Assembly (NCBI GenBank): GCA_963730935.1
Contig: CAVSTP010000004.1
Location: forward strand, 256,001 to 320,000
Reading direction: 5' to 3'
DNA: 64,000 nt
Source of the DNA: an uncultured Nitrospiraceae bacterium
GTDB taxonomy: Bacteria; Nitrospirota; Nitrospiria; Nitrospirales; Nitrospiraceae
Positions 49,336 through 58,184 of the stretch are shown here, piece after piece. A program made the translations under genes and the position numbers. Every line of letters begins with the position of its first letter. Position 1 is the first letter of the stretch. The notes beneath the pieces are model-generated. The model saw nothing but the letters and a program-made list of their open reading frames with translations, was not told the DNA's origin and did not search any database.

Positions 49336-50433
49336 ATGCTAACGTTCGCCGCCATGACCCGACCGGTGCTGACATCATGGCTCGATCTCCTGCTGATCTT
49401 CGTCCCGGTGACGCTCGTACTGGCACTCGTGCAGCGAAACGACCTCGGGGTTTTTATTTCTGCTGCGCTTGCGATCATTCCACTCGCCGGCCTTTTGGGA
49501 CGGGCGACGGAACATCTGACCGCGTATGTCGGAGCTGGAGTGGGGGGCCTGTTGAACGCATCGTTAGGCAACGCGGCGGAACTCATCATCGCGCTCGCTG
49601 CCCTGCGCGAAGGATTGCACGACGTCGTCAAGGCTTCTCTCACCGGATCAATTCTTGGCAATATCCTTCTCGTACTAGGCGTGTCGATGATTGCCGGAGG
49701 TGTGAAGTACGAACGCCAGAAGTTCAATCAGACCGCCGCCGGTTTGGGTGCCAGCCTGCTCCTGCTTTCCGCGGTAGGACTCATTATCCCGGCCTTATTC
49801 CATCTCACGGCCTCCGACCGAGGCGCTGCGGTTGAGCGTGAACTGAGCCTTGAGATTTCACTTGTGTTATTTGCGATCTATGTGATGAGCCTCGTCTTCT
49901 CCTTGAGAACCCATCGGCACGTGTATCAAGGAGAGCACGAAATGTCCGCCTCGGGCGAAAAGCTCTGGAGTCGCGGCCGCGCCATCGCCGTCCTGACCGT
50001 CTCGACGGTCTTGGTCGCTGTGATGAGCGAACTGCTCGTCGGAGCGCTTGAGCATGCGGCGGCGACCTTGGGCCTCACGCAGGTATTTGTTGGCGTGATT
50101 CTGGTGGCGCTGGTCGGCAATGCGGCCGAGCATTCGACTGCCGTCATGGTGGCCATGAAAAACAAGATGGACCTGGCACTCGGTATTGCAGTGGGATCCA
50201 GTCTGCAAATTGCCCTGCTCGTCGCACCGGTCCTGGTGTTCTGCAGCTATCTGTTCGGGACGCCGTTGGATTTGATCTTTACGCCGTTTGAGGTCGCTGC
50301 CGTTACGATCTCTGTCTTGATCGTCGGATTTGTGTCGATGGACGGCGAATCACACTGGATGGAAGGGGTGATGCTGGTTGGAGTCTATGCCATGCTGGCG
50401 ATGGCCTTCTACTTCCTGCCGCCGCACGGATAG
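49336..50433 (+). CDS. cax: Calcium/proton exchanger (CaCA, Cax)
   Basis: GNAAELII and GNAAEH alpha repeats, GSSLQIAL. Confidence 0.95.
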   Translation: MLTFAAMTRPVLTSWLDLLLIFVPVTLVLALVQRNDLGVFISAALAIIPLAGLLGRATEHLTAYVGAGVGGLLNASLGNAAELIIALAALREGLHDVVKASLTGSILGNILLVLGVSMIAGGVKYERQKFNQTAAGLGASLLLLSAVGLIIPALFHLTASDRGAAVERELSLEISLVLFAIYVMSLVFSLRTHRHVYQGEHEMSASGEKLWSRGRAIAVLTVSTVLVAVMSELLVGALEHAAATLGLTQVFVGVILVALVGNAAEHSTAVMVAMKNKMDLALGIAVGSSLQIALLVAPVLVFCSYLFGTPLDLIFTPFEVAAVTISVLIVGFVSMDGESHWMEGVMLVGVYAMLAMAFYFLPPHG

Positions 50434-50465
50434 TGTCACTCTCTGAGCGCCGAGTGCTTCCCCGC

Positions 50466-50669
50466 CTAAAACGTGTCCATGTCGATGACTTCCGTGGCAT
50501 CCCACAGATTTTTCTTTTCCGCGTCCGCCAACGCCTTGAGCCGGTCTTCGTCCGTTTCTTCTCCGAACTGTTTTCTGCTGGATGGCGCCTGGGGCGCGCC
50601 CGACTGAATCGGGGCATCGGCAGGCCGTCGACGACGATGCTTCTTTGCTGGATCCATGTTGACTGGCAT
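50466..50669 (-). CDS. Small hypothetical protein
   Basis: GGAGG Shine-Dalgarno; 67 aa. Confidence 0.65.
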   Translation of the reverse strand: MPVNMDPAKKHRRRRPADAPIQSGAPQAPSSRKQFGEETDEDRLKALADAEKKNLWDATEVIDMDTF

Positions 50670-50770
50670 TGGTCCTCCAATCGCTGCCGTTAGTCTCTCG
50701 TTTACCAGAGCAGAATGTCAACCAGAGGCCGCATTGACCTCCCGTCGAAGCCTTGTTACAGTCGCCGCCC

Positions 50771-51130
50771 ATGCTCGATGCGAAAGTCTGGTGGCCGCTC
50801 TTTCCGCTCCTCCTGCTGATCGTTATCGTCTGTTTGACGTGGGCATTGGTAGTGGCGGTCCGTGGCGGGCACGATCCGCGTGCCAGGTGGCTGCAGGGTG
50901 GAGCGTTCACCTGCTATCTCCTCGCCGCCGTTTCAGCGGTGGCCAGCGAGCGTGGCGCAGTCTCCGCGAACCTTCACCGGCCTTTTTCCCTGGCTACCCA
51001 ACTCTGCCTGTTGCTGGCCCTGATCCATCATTGGAGGTCGCCACCTCGCGCGCTGCGGTGGCTGAATGCCGCGGCTTGGGCTGGCATCCTGGCCGACACC
51101 GCTCTCCATGTGCTGATGGTCCGGCGCTAA
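50771..51130 (+). CDS. Small four-TM membrane protein
   Basis: Four hydrophobic segments. Confidence 0.7.
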   Translation: MLDAKVWWPLFPLLLLIVIVCLTWALVVAVRGGHDPRARWLQGGAFTCYLLAAVSAVASERGAVSANLHRPFSLATQLCLLLALIHHWRSPPRALRWLNAAAWAGILADTALHVLMVRR

Positions 51131-51137
51131 TCGGGAA

Positions 51138-52271
51138 CTAGAACAATTTCTCTGCAACGCTATCGGCGTGAAGCTGACCCTGGGCGGATAGGCGGGTGCA
51201 TTCGTCTTCCTCTTCTAACAAGTTGCTGGTGTGCAGGAGCTTGACCACCTTCTCATAGCCGTAATTGACGGCATGATGGTTGAGATGCGATGTCGGAATA
51301 CCACGTTCAAGCCGCAGTCCGAAAATCACGGCATCACGCAGCTGCTCCTCGGCCGTGAGCACCAACCGATCTTGGACCGGCAAGCGGCCCTCGCCCAACG
51401 CCGATTCGTAGGCAGCGAGATTCGCGATGTTCCCGAACCGAACACCGTCAACGAACGACTGCGCGCTGGGTCCGAGCCCGAGATAGTGACCTTGGGTCCA
51501 GTGCAAGAGATTGTGACGGCATTCGAAGCCTGGCTTGGCATAATTGGAGATCTCGTACCGCGCATACCCAACCGCAGTCAGCATCCGCCGTGCGGCTTGT
51601 TCCATCTCTACTTGCAGTACCTCATCAGGAGTCCGACTTGGTTCCCGACGGACGTCCTGGGCTAAGCGTGTTCCGTCCTCCACTGTTAAGGCATAGCAGG
51701 ACAGATGCGTGGGGAACAGGTCACAACAAGCGCTAAGCGTACGCTGCCAGCTCTCTAGGGTTTGACCAGGAAGGCCGTACATGAGATCGAGGTTGATGTT
51801 CGTAAACCCTGCTGTGCGTGCGGCGACGACGGCTTCAACGGTGTCGGCTGTCGCGCCAGGGCGTCCTATCCGCACCAATTCATCATCGTGCATGGATTCG
51901 GCGCCGAAGCTGAGACGTGTCACGCCGGCTCGCCGTAAGGCGAAGAGGTCAGTGACTCCGACTGTGGCAGGATGGGCTTCCACCGTGATTTCACAATCCC
52001 GATCCACGTCAAAGGACTCCCGAATGGCAGAAAGAATCCTGGTCAGTTGACCGGCCGAGAGCACGGTCGGCGTTCCGCCGCCGAAGTACACGGATCGCAG
52101 GGGCCTTCCCGTGGTCATTTTCTCAGCCCCGTAGAGGCGGAGTTCGGTGTGAAGGGCGCGGAGGAAGTTCTCGGCCGCCGCGTCACGGTGGAGTTCGAGA
52201 TAGAAGGCGCAAAAATGACACCGCTGCCGGCAGAACGGAATATGGAGGTAGAGGCCAAAGGCGGCGTTCAT
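51138..52271 (-). CDS. hemW: Radical SAM heme chaperone HemW (HemN-like)
   Basis: LYLHIPFCRQRCHFC, YFGGGTP, DLMYGLPGQT, YEISNY, HNLLHW. Confidence 0.92.
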   Translation of the reverse strand: MNAAFGLYLHIPFCRQRCHFCAFYLELHRDAAAENFLRALHTELRLYGAEKMTTGRPLRSVYFGGGTPTVLSAGQLTRILSAIRESFDVDRDCEITVEAHPATVGVTDLFALRRAGVTRLSFGAESMHDDELVRIGRPGATADTVEAVVAARTAGFTNINLDLMYGLPGQTLESWQRTLSACCDLFPTHLSCYALTVEDGTRLAQDVRREPSRTPDEVLQVEMEQAARRMLTAVGYARYEISNYAKPGFECRHNLLHWTQGHYLGLGPSAQSFVDGVRFGNIANLAAYESALGEGRLPVQDRLVLTAEEQLRDAVIFGLRLERGIPTSHLNHHAVNYGYEKVVKLLHTSNLLEEEDECTRLSAQGQLHADSVAEKLF

Positions 52272-52540
52272 CGTCTCAATGAGAATGGGGGTGGCTTGGA
52301 AAAATCCCGTGCCAGAACGATCTCAATTTCGTCCGTGGACGCGCGGCCCCGGTTACGAACATGCGACGTCCAGGCCGGATGCCGGCGCAACGCCTCAAAT
52401 ATCTGCTTCAACATGCCGGGTTTGATGTCAGACTCCCATTCTTGAACCCAGGCCAGATGGTCATCTTCGCCTTCATAATCCTCCGGGAATGACGCTTCTA
52501 AACTGAACCGCAAGACGAATGTTTTTTCTTCCTGATACAT
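52268..52540 (-). CDS. Hypothetical protein
   Basis: ATGA overlap with hemW; globular composition. Confidence 0.7.
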   Translation of the reverse strand: MYQEEKTFVLRFSLEASFPEDYEGEDDHLAWVQEWESDIKPGMLKQIFEALRRHPAWTSHVRNRGRASTDEIEIVLARDFSKPPPFSLRR

Positions 52541-52608
52541 CTTCAGCCTCGTGCGTTGCGAACCGCTGTCCGTCACTTCTATAATGGAAGTCCACAGGAG
52601 TGACAATT

Positions 52609-52830
52609 ATGCCTATCTTCGAATATGTCTGCCGCGAATGCAATCATCGCTTCGAGCTCTTACTCCAAGGGTCGTCACAAGCCGTGTGTCCGAAATGCCA
52701 GGCCACGACACTGGAAAAGCAATTTTCCTCGTTCGGCGTTGGGGCCACCGGAGGGTGGGCGCCTTCCGGTGGGGGAGCCTGCGGGAGCTGCGGTGATCCC
52801 AGGGGGCCTGGGGCTTGTTCCATGAATTAG
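52609..52830 (+). CDS. FmdB-family Zn-ribbon protein
   Basis: MPIFEYVCRECNHRFE...CPKC...KQFS; CAGGAG Shine-Dalgarno. Confidence 0.9.
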   Translation: MPIFEYVCRECNHRFELLLQGSSQAVCPKCQATTLEKQFSSFGVGATGGWAPSGGGACGSCGDPRGPGACSMN

Positions 52831-52831
52831 C

Positions 52832-53152
52832 ATGAACGACGTCGAACACCTGCTCCATAGAACCATCGCCGTTATTTCGCAATCCGACCCGCTGATCAAG
52901 CTTCTCGAGCAAGTTCGGCTCGGTCGGATGACCCGTTCGGATCCAGGATTGCGGGTCATCACCGACACATGGGTTGCCACCTACCGGAAAGCGGTTGTCA
53001 CGCCCGGTTTGACCAAACAAGCACTCCGTCGCATTGATCCCTCGCCTCGTCTCGACCTCTTGGCCCAGGAAGGCCTGTTGCCTGTCGACCATGCCGCAGC
53101 CCGCGAATTGCTCGCCGATTTCAAGCAGGCGATCGCGCGTGCACCGGCCTGA
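52832..53152 (+). CDS. Hypothetical protein
   Basis: Starts 1 bp after the previous gene; helical composition. Confidence 0.7.
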   Translation: MNDVEHLLHRTIAVISQSDPLIKLLEQVRLGRMTRSDPGLRVITDTWVATYRKAVVTPGLTKQALRRIDPSPRLDLLAQEGLLPVDHAAARELLADFKQAIARAPA

Positions 53153-53186
53153 CTTTTCACTCGGTTCAGTCAGGTGCGTCCGCGCG

Positions 53187-53831
53187 GTGATTCTGCTCAT
53201 TGCCTTGGTCCTCACGGGCGAGGGAAGGAGCGGAGAACTGGGCGGCTCCAGTGCGCTTAGGCATCTGAGCCTCGATGAACTCGACAGTATCCTTCCTCCC
53301 GGCACCGCAGTCCTGACACGTCCGACCTCGATCGATGAATTTCTGACCGAATTAGACGGGGAGCCGCCGGACTGGAGTGCCGTATATGGTCATGGGCATC
53401 ACGATCCAGGACACGACGACCGGCTGTTTGCTCTCAATCGCGAACGGGATGCGAAACGCGAAGGGAAGCCGGCGTTATTGAAACAGGTTGCGTTTATATG
53501 GACCGGCGCGTTGTCTCGATACGATCCTGTGATCGGCGGATTTCCGGTGGCCCTTGGACCGAATTTCACCAAGACCAGGTGGGGAATGGTCCGGTTCAAG
53601 CCGGAAGAGACTCCTGGAAATCTCAGTGTCGCCACCGACACCTCTCAACAGATTCACCTTGAACGTCTGCTAGCACAAGGTCAGCTAGTGGAAATTGATG
53701 TCGTCATGACCGGAAGGCTCATTCCCGAAGAGTCCATCGTCTATGATTTCTCACATGACGAGGAGGGGCTTGGACTGATCATGCCGTTCGTGCGGGTCGA
53801 GCAGGTGGATTGCATCATGTTTAAACCATGA
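53187..53831 (+). CDS. Exported hypothetical protein (start approximate)
   Basis: Signal-like segment; His-rich YGHGHHDPGHD motif. Confidence 0.7.
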   Translation: MILLIALVLTGEGRSGELGGSSALRHLSLDELDSILPPGTAVLTRPTSIDEFLTELDGEPPDWSAVYGHGHHDPGHDDRLFALNRERDAKREGKPALLKQVAFIWTGALSRYDPVIGGFPVALGPNFTKTRWGMVRFKPEETPGNLSVATDTSQQIHLERLLAQGQLVEIDVVMTGRLIPEESIVYDFSHDEEGLGLIMPFVRVEQVDCIMFKP

Positions 53832-53838
53832 CAGCGAA

Positions 53839-54732
53839 CTAGTAGGCGTCTTGCGCGCAGCGGAAACCCGTGCCGCTGGGGCGGCTGTCGATGGTGCCCC
53901 AATCGCGGTCGCTCGTCCGCAGACTTGCCGCCGGCTTCAGCCAAGAGCCTCCGCGCATCGACTTGATCGCGCCCCGAGGTGGGCCCGTTGGGTTCGTGAG
54001 CGGCCCGGAAGGATAATAGTTGGGATCGTACCAATCTTGTACCCACTCGGCCACATTCCCGGCCATGTCGAAGAGCCCATAGGCGCTTACCGAGCCAGGG
54101 AAACTGCCGACCGGCATCGTCAGTACCTCTCCGTTGAGGCCCTTCTGTTTGGCGATGTGGGCTCCCTCGCCCTTGATCCAAAACGCTTCCCAGTCCGCCC
54201 CGCTGTCGAATTGGACCGTGCGGCCGGCCCAATAACTGGCGCTGTTGGCCAAGAACAGATCCCATTGGTCGCCCCATGGATACCGGCGCCCATCCGTTCC
54301 TCTGGCCGCCTTTTCCCATTCGGCTTCTGTTGGAAGCCGCTTGCCGGCCCAACGGCAATAGGCGTCAGCATCGGCCCAGCTGACATTCACGACGGGATGC
54401 CGTTCGATGCCCGGCATCGGTCTCCGATCCTCCCAGAGCGTCGCCGCGGGATTGGAGTTTTCCGGCATCCGGTGGCCGGTCATGGAGACGAAGAGGAGAT
54501 AGGCCTCGTTGGTGACTTCGAAGCGGTCGATGTAGAAGGCCGAGAGCAGCACGGATCGCTCCGGTTGCTCGTCTGGAAGACCGCCGCTCCCCGCTGCAGC
54601 GCCCATCCGGAATTCGCCAGCGGGCACGCGGACCATGTCGTCTGGTTTTTCGGAAGCGAGGGCCATATCAACTGGGCTTACGGTAAGAGCACAGAAGAGG
54701 AGAACGCGTGCAACGAGGCTGGACAATGTCAC
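53839..54732 (-). CDS. FGE-sulfatase (SUMF1-like) domain protein, exported
   Basis: VPAGEFRMG, EVTN, RLPTEAEWEKAARG, DMAGNVAEW, RGGSW, GFRCA; GTGA overlap with the upstream gene. Confidence 0.93.
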   Translation of the reverse strand: MTLSSLVARVLLFCALTVSPVDMALASEKPDDMVRVPAGEFRMGAAAGSGGLPDEQPERSVLLSAFYIDRFEVTNEAYLLFVSMTGHRMPENSNPAATLWEDRRPMPGIERHPVVNVSWADADAYCRWAGKRLPTEAEWEKAARGTDGRRYPWGDQWDLFLANSASYWAGRTVQFDSGADWEAFWIKGEGAHIAKQKGLNGEVLTMPVGSFPGSVSAYGLFDMAGNVAEWVQDWYDPNYYPSGPLTNPTGPPRGAIKSMRGGSWLKPAASLRTSDRDWGTIDSRPSGTGFRCAQDAY

Positions 54733-55478
54733 CGCTTGCGGATGCCGCAGGCGCGCGCGACTCCATCGCGGTAGGCAGTCCACAGTTTGAGCGCCCTGTT
54801 CAGATACCGTAGGATTGTCTCCTGTTGACTGAGCGTCTTGGCATGATTGACGACCATGTGATAGGCGTCATGGCGATGACCCGCTTCCACCATCTGGTGG
54901 GAGCGGATGAGGTCCATGGCATCCGGTGGAAGACCATAATGCCTGACCAGTGGATGTTGCTGGACGATCGACTCAATCTCTTCCGGTGTTCTTGGCTTCG
55001 ACGGTTCGGCCAACTCCTTACGGTCCTTGATGCTGCCTTCGACGAAAACGGTCATGACGGCGGCTCCCACAATCCAATCCCGGTGGTTTGACGCACGTTC
55101 GAGCCACGCACGGTACCGGCGCGCGCCAGGAAGGAGCCTCACATCCTCGAACGTCCGCGGCGGATAACCGAGTCCTCCCATCATTTGCAGAAACAGTTCC
55201 GGGTGCGACCTGCCCAAGGACAAACCACCGGTGTCTTCCTCATAGATGTTCTCTGCGAGCATGCGCCGCACCGACGGCGGAGGATTGCGGCCGTGAATCC
55301 GGGCCAACAACACCGGAAAGTCCCGCACATATACAGCATATTCCTGCTGAAAATGTTGTTTCAACTGAGAGACCGTCGCCGTTCCGTCGGAAAACGTCGG
55401 CCATGCCCAATGATGTTTGCAATCCATGACGCGCAACAGCTCTTCCTGAAATCGGTTTGTCGTCAAAGGTCGTGTCAT
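54729..55478 (-). CDS. Heme-oxygenase-like diiron protein (PqqC/TenA/CADD fold)
   Basis: ENIYEE(x9)HPELF, VFVEG, HQMVEAGH ligand pattern. Confidence 0.85.
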   Translation of the reverse strand: MTRPLTTNRFQEELLRVMDCKHHWAWPTFSDGTATVSQLKQHFQQEYAVYVRDFPVLLARIHGRNPPPSVRRMLAENIYEEDTGGLSLGRSHPELFLQMMGGLGYPPRTFEDVRLLPGARRYRAWLERASNHRDWIVGAAVMTVFVEGSIKDRKELAEPSKPRTPEEIESIVQQHPLVRHYGLPPDAMDLIRSHQMVEAGHRHDAYHMVVNHAKTLSQQETILRYLNRALKLWTAYRDGVARACGIRKR

Positions 55479-55530
55479 GCGGGTTGCCTTCCTCATTGAG
55501 CCCTCGTTACAATCCCTAGTAGAGGTGTGG

Positions 55531-55815
55531 ATGCAGCAGGTAACCGTTCAAAATCCAGAGGACATTCTCTCGCTTCTCGCAGAAGTCGCACTCCGCGGCT
55601 CCGGTTTCGTTACTGAATGCCTGCTCGACTACGTATTGGACGAGGGATTTACCGAGCCGATTTACTTGAACGCCAGCGGTGAAGATCCGGATGCCTACTT
55701 TAAGGGACAATCACCGGCCTGGGCGGTGTATCAGGTCCGCGAATGGAAGCGTGTGCTGACCATCTCCGGAGGCCCTGGCAAACAACGGCGCGTCCAGATT
55801 ACTGAGACGCCGTAG
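55531..55815 (+). CDS. Hypothetical protein
   Basis: AGAGGT Shine-Dalgarno; globular 94 aa. Confidence 0.7.
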   Translation: MQQVTVQNPEDILSLLAEVALRGSGFVTECLLDYVLDEGFTEPIYLNASGEDPDAYFKGQSPAWAVYQVREWKRVLTISGGPGKQRRVQITETP

Positions 55816-55907
55816 CCTCTCGGTGAGTGTAGGGGGATTAGGCTGAAAAAGCAACGAAACGGCGAGATGTCCATCATGCAGGAACAACGCACGAAGGATG
55901 AAATGAT

Positions 55908-56150
55908 ATGAATCTCGTTCGTCTAGCCGAGCCATACAACGTTGGAGAACTGATTCTACTGCAGAGTCTGCTAGAAGGCAGCGGGATCGCGTACCTGATC
56001 CGCCATGCCAATATCAGCAGTCTGTATCCGGGTCTGCCCGGTCTCACTTCTCATGTGATGGTTGAGGAGCGGGATTATCCACGCGCCGAAAAGATTCTTC
56101 AGCGCTTGAGACTTGACGTGCGAGAGGTGCCCGGTGAAATGGGTGGATGA
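55908..56150 (+). CDS. DUF2007-like protein
   Basis: LLQSLLEGSGIAYLIR...VMVEERDYPRAEKIL. Confidence 0.8.
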   Translation: MNLVRLAEPYNVGELILLQSLLEGSGIAYLIRHANISSLYPGLPGLTSHVMVEERDYPRAEKILQRLRLDVREVPGEMGG

Positions 56151-56151
56151 A

Positions 56152-56592
56152 TCATCCGCTCTGCTTGGGTATGTGCGGGTTAGAAGGTGATTGTGTCGGC
56201 AGCCTCTCGCCGGAGCCTTGAAACCATCCGCCGATCAACATACCTTCCTCGAAATACAGATAGCGGTGCTTAACGATCGCCGCGCTTTCCCAGTCCTCGA
56301 AGATCCATTCTTCCTGCCGAATGCCGTCCTTCGTGAAGTTGGTGTGGATGGTTTGCGGCCCTCCCCATGCTTGCAGGACCTGTTCTTTTGACATCCCCAC
56401 CATCACGCGATGTTCCGCGATGTGCTTTTCGAAACTGGGGTCACGTAGCTTCGCGACCAACGGCATGATGATCATGAACACCGCAAAAAGGGCCAATCCC
56501 GCATAGATGGTCAGGCGGACGGACTTCCTGCGAATGAACGACTCGGGTTCGTGATTAACCGCAGAGGAGGCGATGGGTTCGAGCGATTTCAT
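56152..56592 (-). CDS. Membrane-anchored SmpA/OmlA-like domain protein
   Basis: TM then VGMSKEQVLQAWGGP...EEWIF...LYFEEG. Confidence 0.7.
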   Translation of the reverse strand: MKSLEPIASSAVNHEPESFIRRKSVRLTIYAGLALFAVFMIIMPLVAKLRDPSFEKHIAEHRVMVGMSKEQVLQAWGGPQTIHTNFTKDGIRQEEWIFEDWESAAIVKHRYLYFEEGMLIGGWFQGSGERLPTQSPSNPHIPKQSG

Positions 56593-56702
56593 AGGACTGT
56601 CTCGTGCGCATGGTAACAATCGGTCCCTCCGGGCGTCAAGGAACGCGGGCCAAATTAATTTAGTATTATCAACAACATCCGGGATGGAGCTATACTTATC
56701 GT

Positions 56703-57221
56703 ATGACTCTTCCTCTGGTCTGGCGTGGCGCAATTGTCGCTCTGCTGGTGATCCTCACGAATTGGATCTCATGGTCAGGCGTGGACGCAAAACCTCTCTA
56801 CTCCTATGCGGATGAGAAGGGCACGAGGATCATTACGGACGACTACAATAAGATTCCTCCTTCCTATCGAGCGAAAGTCACGACCGTGGAACAGGAAACA
56901 GACGGATATGTCGGGGATATCGAGCGGGTGGGTGACCTGGTTGGATCCGCGAAGGGATTCGTCGTTCCGGTGCCCGGCATGTCGCTTCAGCAATCCAAAA
57001 TCATTACGTATGCCTCGCTGTTCGGGTTGCTCTGTTTGGTCGCTATGAATCTCAGCCGCAGCGAAGCCATCCGAGCGCTCGCACTCTGGTGTCTCGTCCT
57101 CATCGGCATTTGTGCGCCGGTGCTCGTGTACATCGCCGACGACGGCGCCGCGGCCGTCATGAAAAACAAAGCCGCCGAAATCCAACAGAAGCAGCAAGAC
57201 CGCCTATCGCACGCCCAATAA
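56703..57221 (+). CDS. DUF4124-domain membrane protein
   Basis: Signal peptide, LYSYADEKGTRIITD...IPP.Y; two C-terminal TMs. Confidence 0.8.
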   Translation: MTLPLVWRGAIVALLVILTNWISWSGVDAKPLYSYADEKGTRIITDDYNKIPPSYRAKVTTVEQETDGYVGDIERVGDLVGSAKGFVVPVPGMSLQQSKIITYASLFGLLCLVAMNLSRSEAIRALALWCLVLIGICAPVLVYIADDGAAAVMKNKAAEIQQKQQDRLSHAQ

Positions 57222-57257
57222 GCGGCGTCGTCCACTCCGACCACAATCAATCGCGCA

Positions 57258-58049
57258 TCAGTCGGCGTATTTCGGGACGGGAACCTTCTTGGCCGCTTGG
57301 GAGGGCCGAGGAGCCGTCTGTTGCTGGGAGAATTCTGGTGAGTAGGGGTTCATCATGGCTTCGTGAGTGTGCTTCTGGCGGCGTTTCACGAGGTCCACGC
57401 TTTGCGTGCTGATCTCCATCCGGTCAACGGGAGATTTGACCGTGAGCGGATCCGGCAGTCCCTGCAACGAGAACAACTGGTAGGCGAGCGTCCAATCGAG
57501 TGAATCTTTGCTGGCTTCTTTGACGATGAATCGAGCCTGAGGCGACGGAGGGCCCTTGAAGAGAAGCACCCAAATGTTCGAGCGGAACGCGGGCGAAGCG
57601 GCATCTGTCGGCGGCTTGAATTCAGGTACAAGCGAAGGGACTTGGCTGATCGGAACTGCCGGAGAAAATTCGATGTCGACTAGGCGGACATATAACGTCC
57701 GATTCTCATTCTGGTCATTCGGATCGACGGCATAACTAAACGAATAACGCACCTCGATCCCATCGCGCTTGAACGTATAAACATCTTCTCCGTTCTCCGG
57801 CGACACGAGCTTCCTGAAATATTTGTCCCAATCGGTGATCGCATAATAGGTAAAGACGCGGAGCGCCGATTTGCGATCGCGCACAGCCTGCGGCATGCCC
57901 ATCTTGTCGTGCAATTCTTTTTGTGTCAGGCCCAGGAATCCATCTTCGAAGTAAGGTGCGGCAGGGACCGAAAAGGGAAGTAGAAATAGGATGCCGGCGG
58001 CGCAGAGCCCTTTAAAGGTCGAGCGTTGGAAGTGATTTCGCTGCAGCAA
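57258..58049 (-). CDS. Exported hypothetical protein
   Basis: TTG start with GGAG Shine-Dalgarno; signal peptide; GLTQKELHDKMGMP. Confidence 0.7.
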   Translation of the reverse strand: MLQRNHFQRSTFKGLCAAGILFLLPFSVPAAPYFEDGFLGLTQKELHDKMGMPQAVRDRKSALRVFTYYAITDWDKYFRKLVSPENGEDVYTFKRDGIEVRYSFSYAVDPNDQNENRTLYVRLVDIEFSPAVPISQVPSLVPEFKPPTDAASPAFRSNIWVLLFKGPPSPQARFIVKEASKDSLDWTLAYQLFSLQGLPDPLTVKSPVDRMEISTQSVDLVKRRQKHTHEAMMNPYSPEFSQQQTAPRPSQAAKKVPVPKYAD

Positions 58050-58184
58050 GAGCTTCTCTCCGGCCGTGGCGCCATCGTATCGGCAGCCCTCGCTGCTGTC
58101 AAGACAGCGTGGATTGGTTGCCGGTTGGCGGATGAACCAGTATGATGGCACGATTCGGGTTTCACACAGGACGGTGAGGACGGA

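Noticed and set aside
58050..58184. Cobalamin or SAM riboswitch upstream of metH
   Set aside because: Short divergent intergenic region with no recognisable B12-box or SAM-I core.
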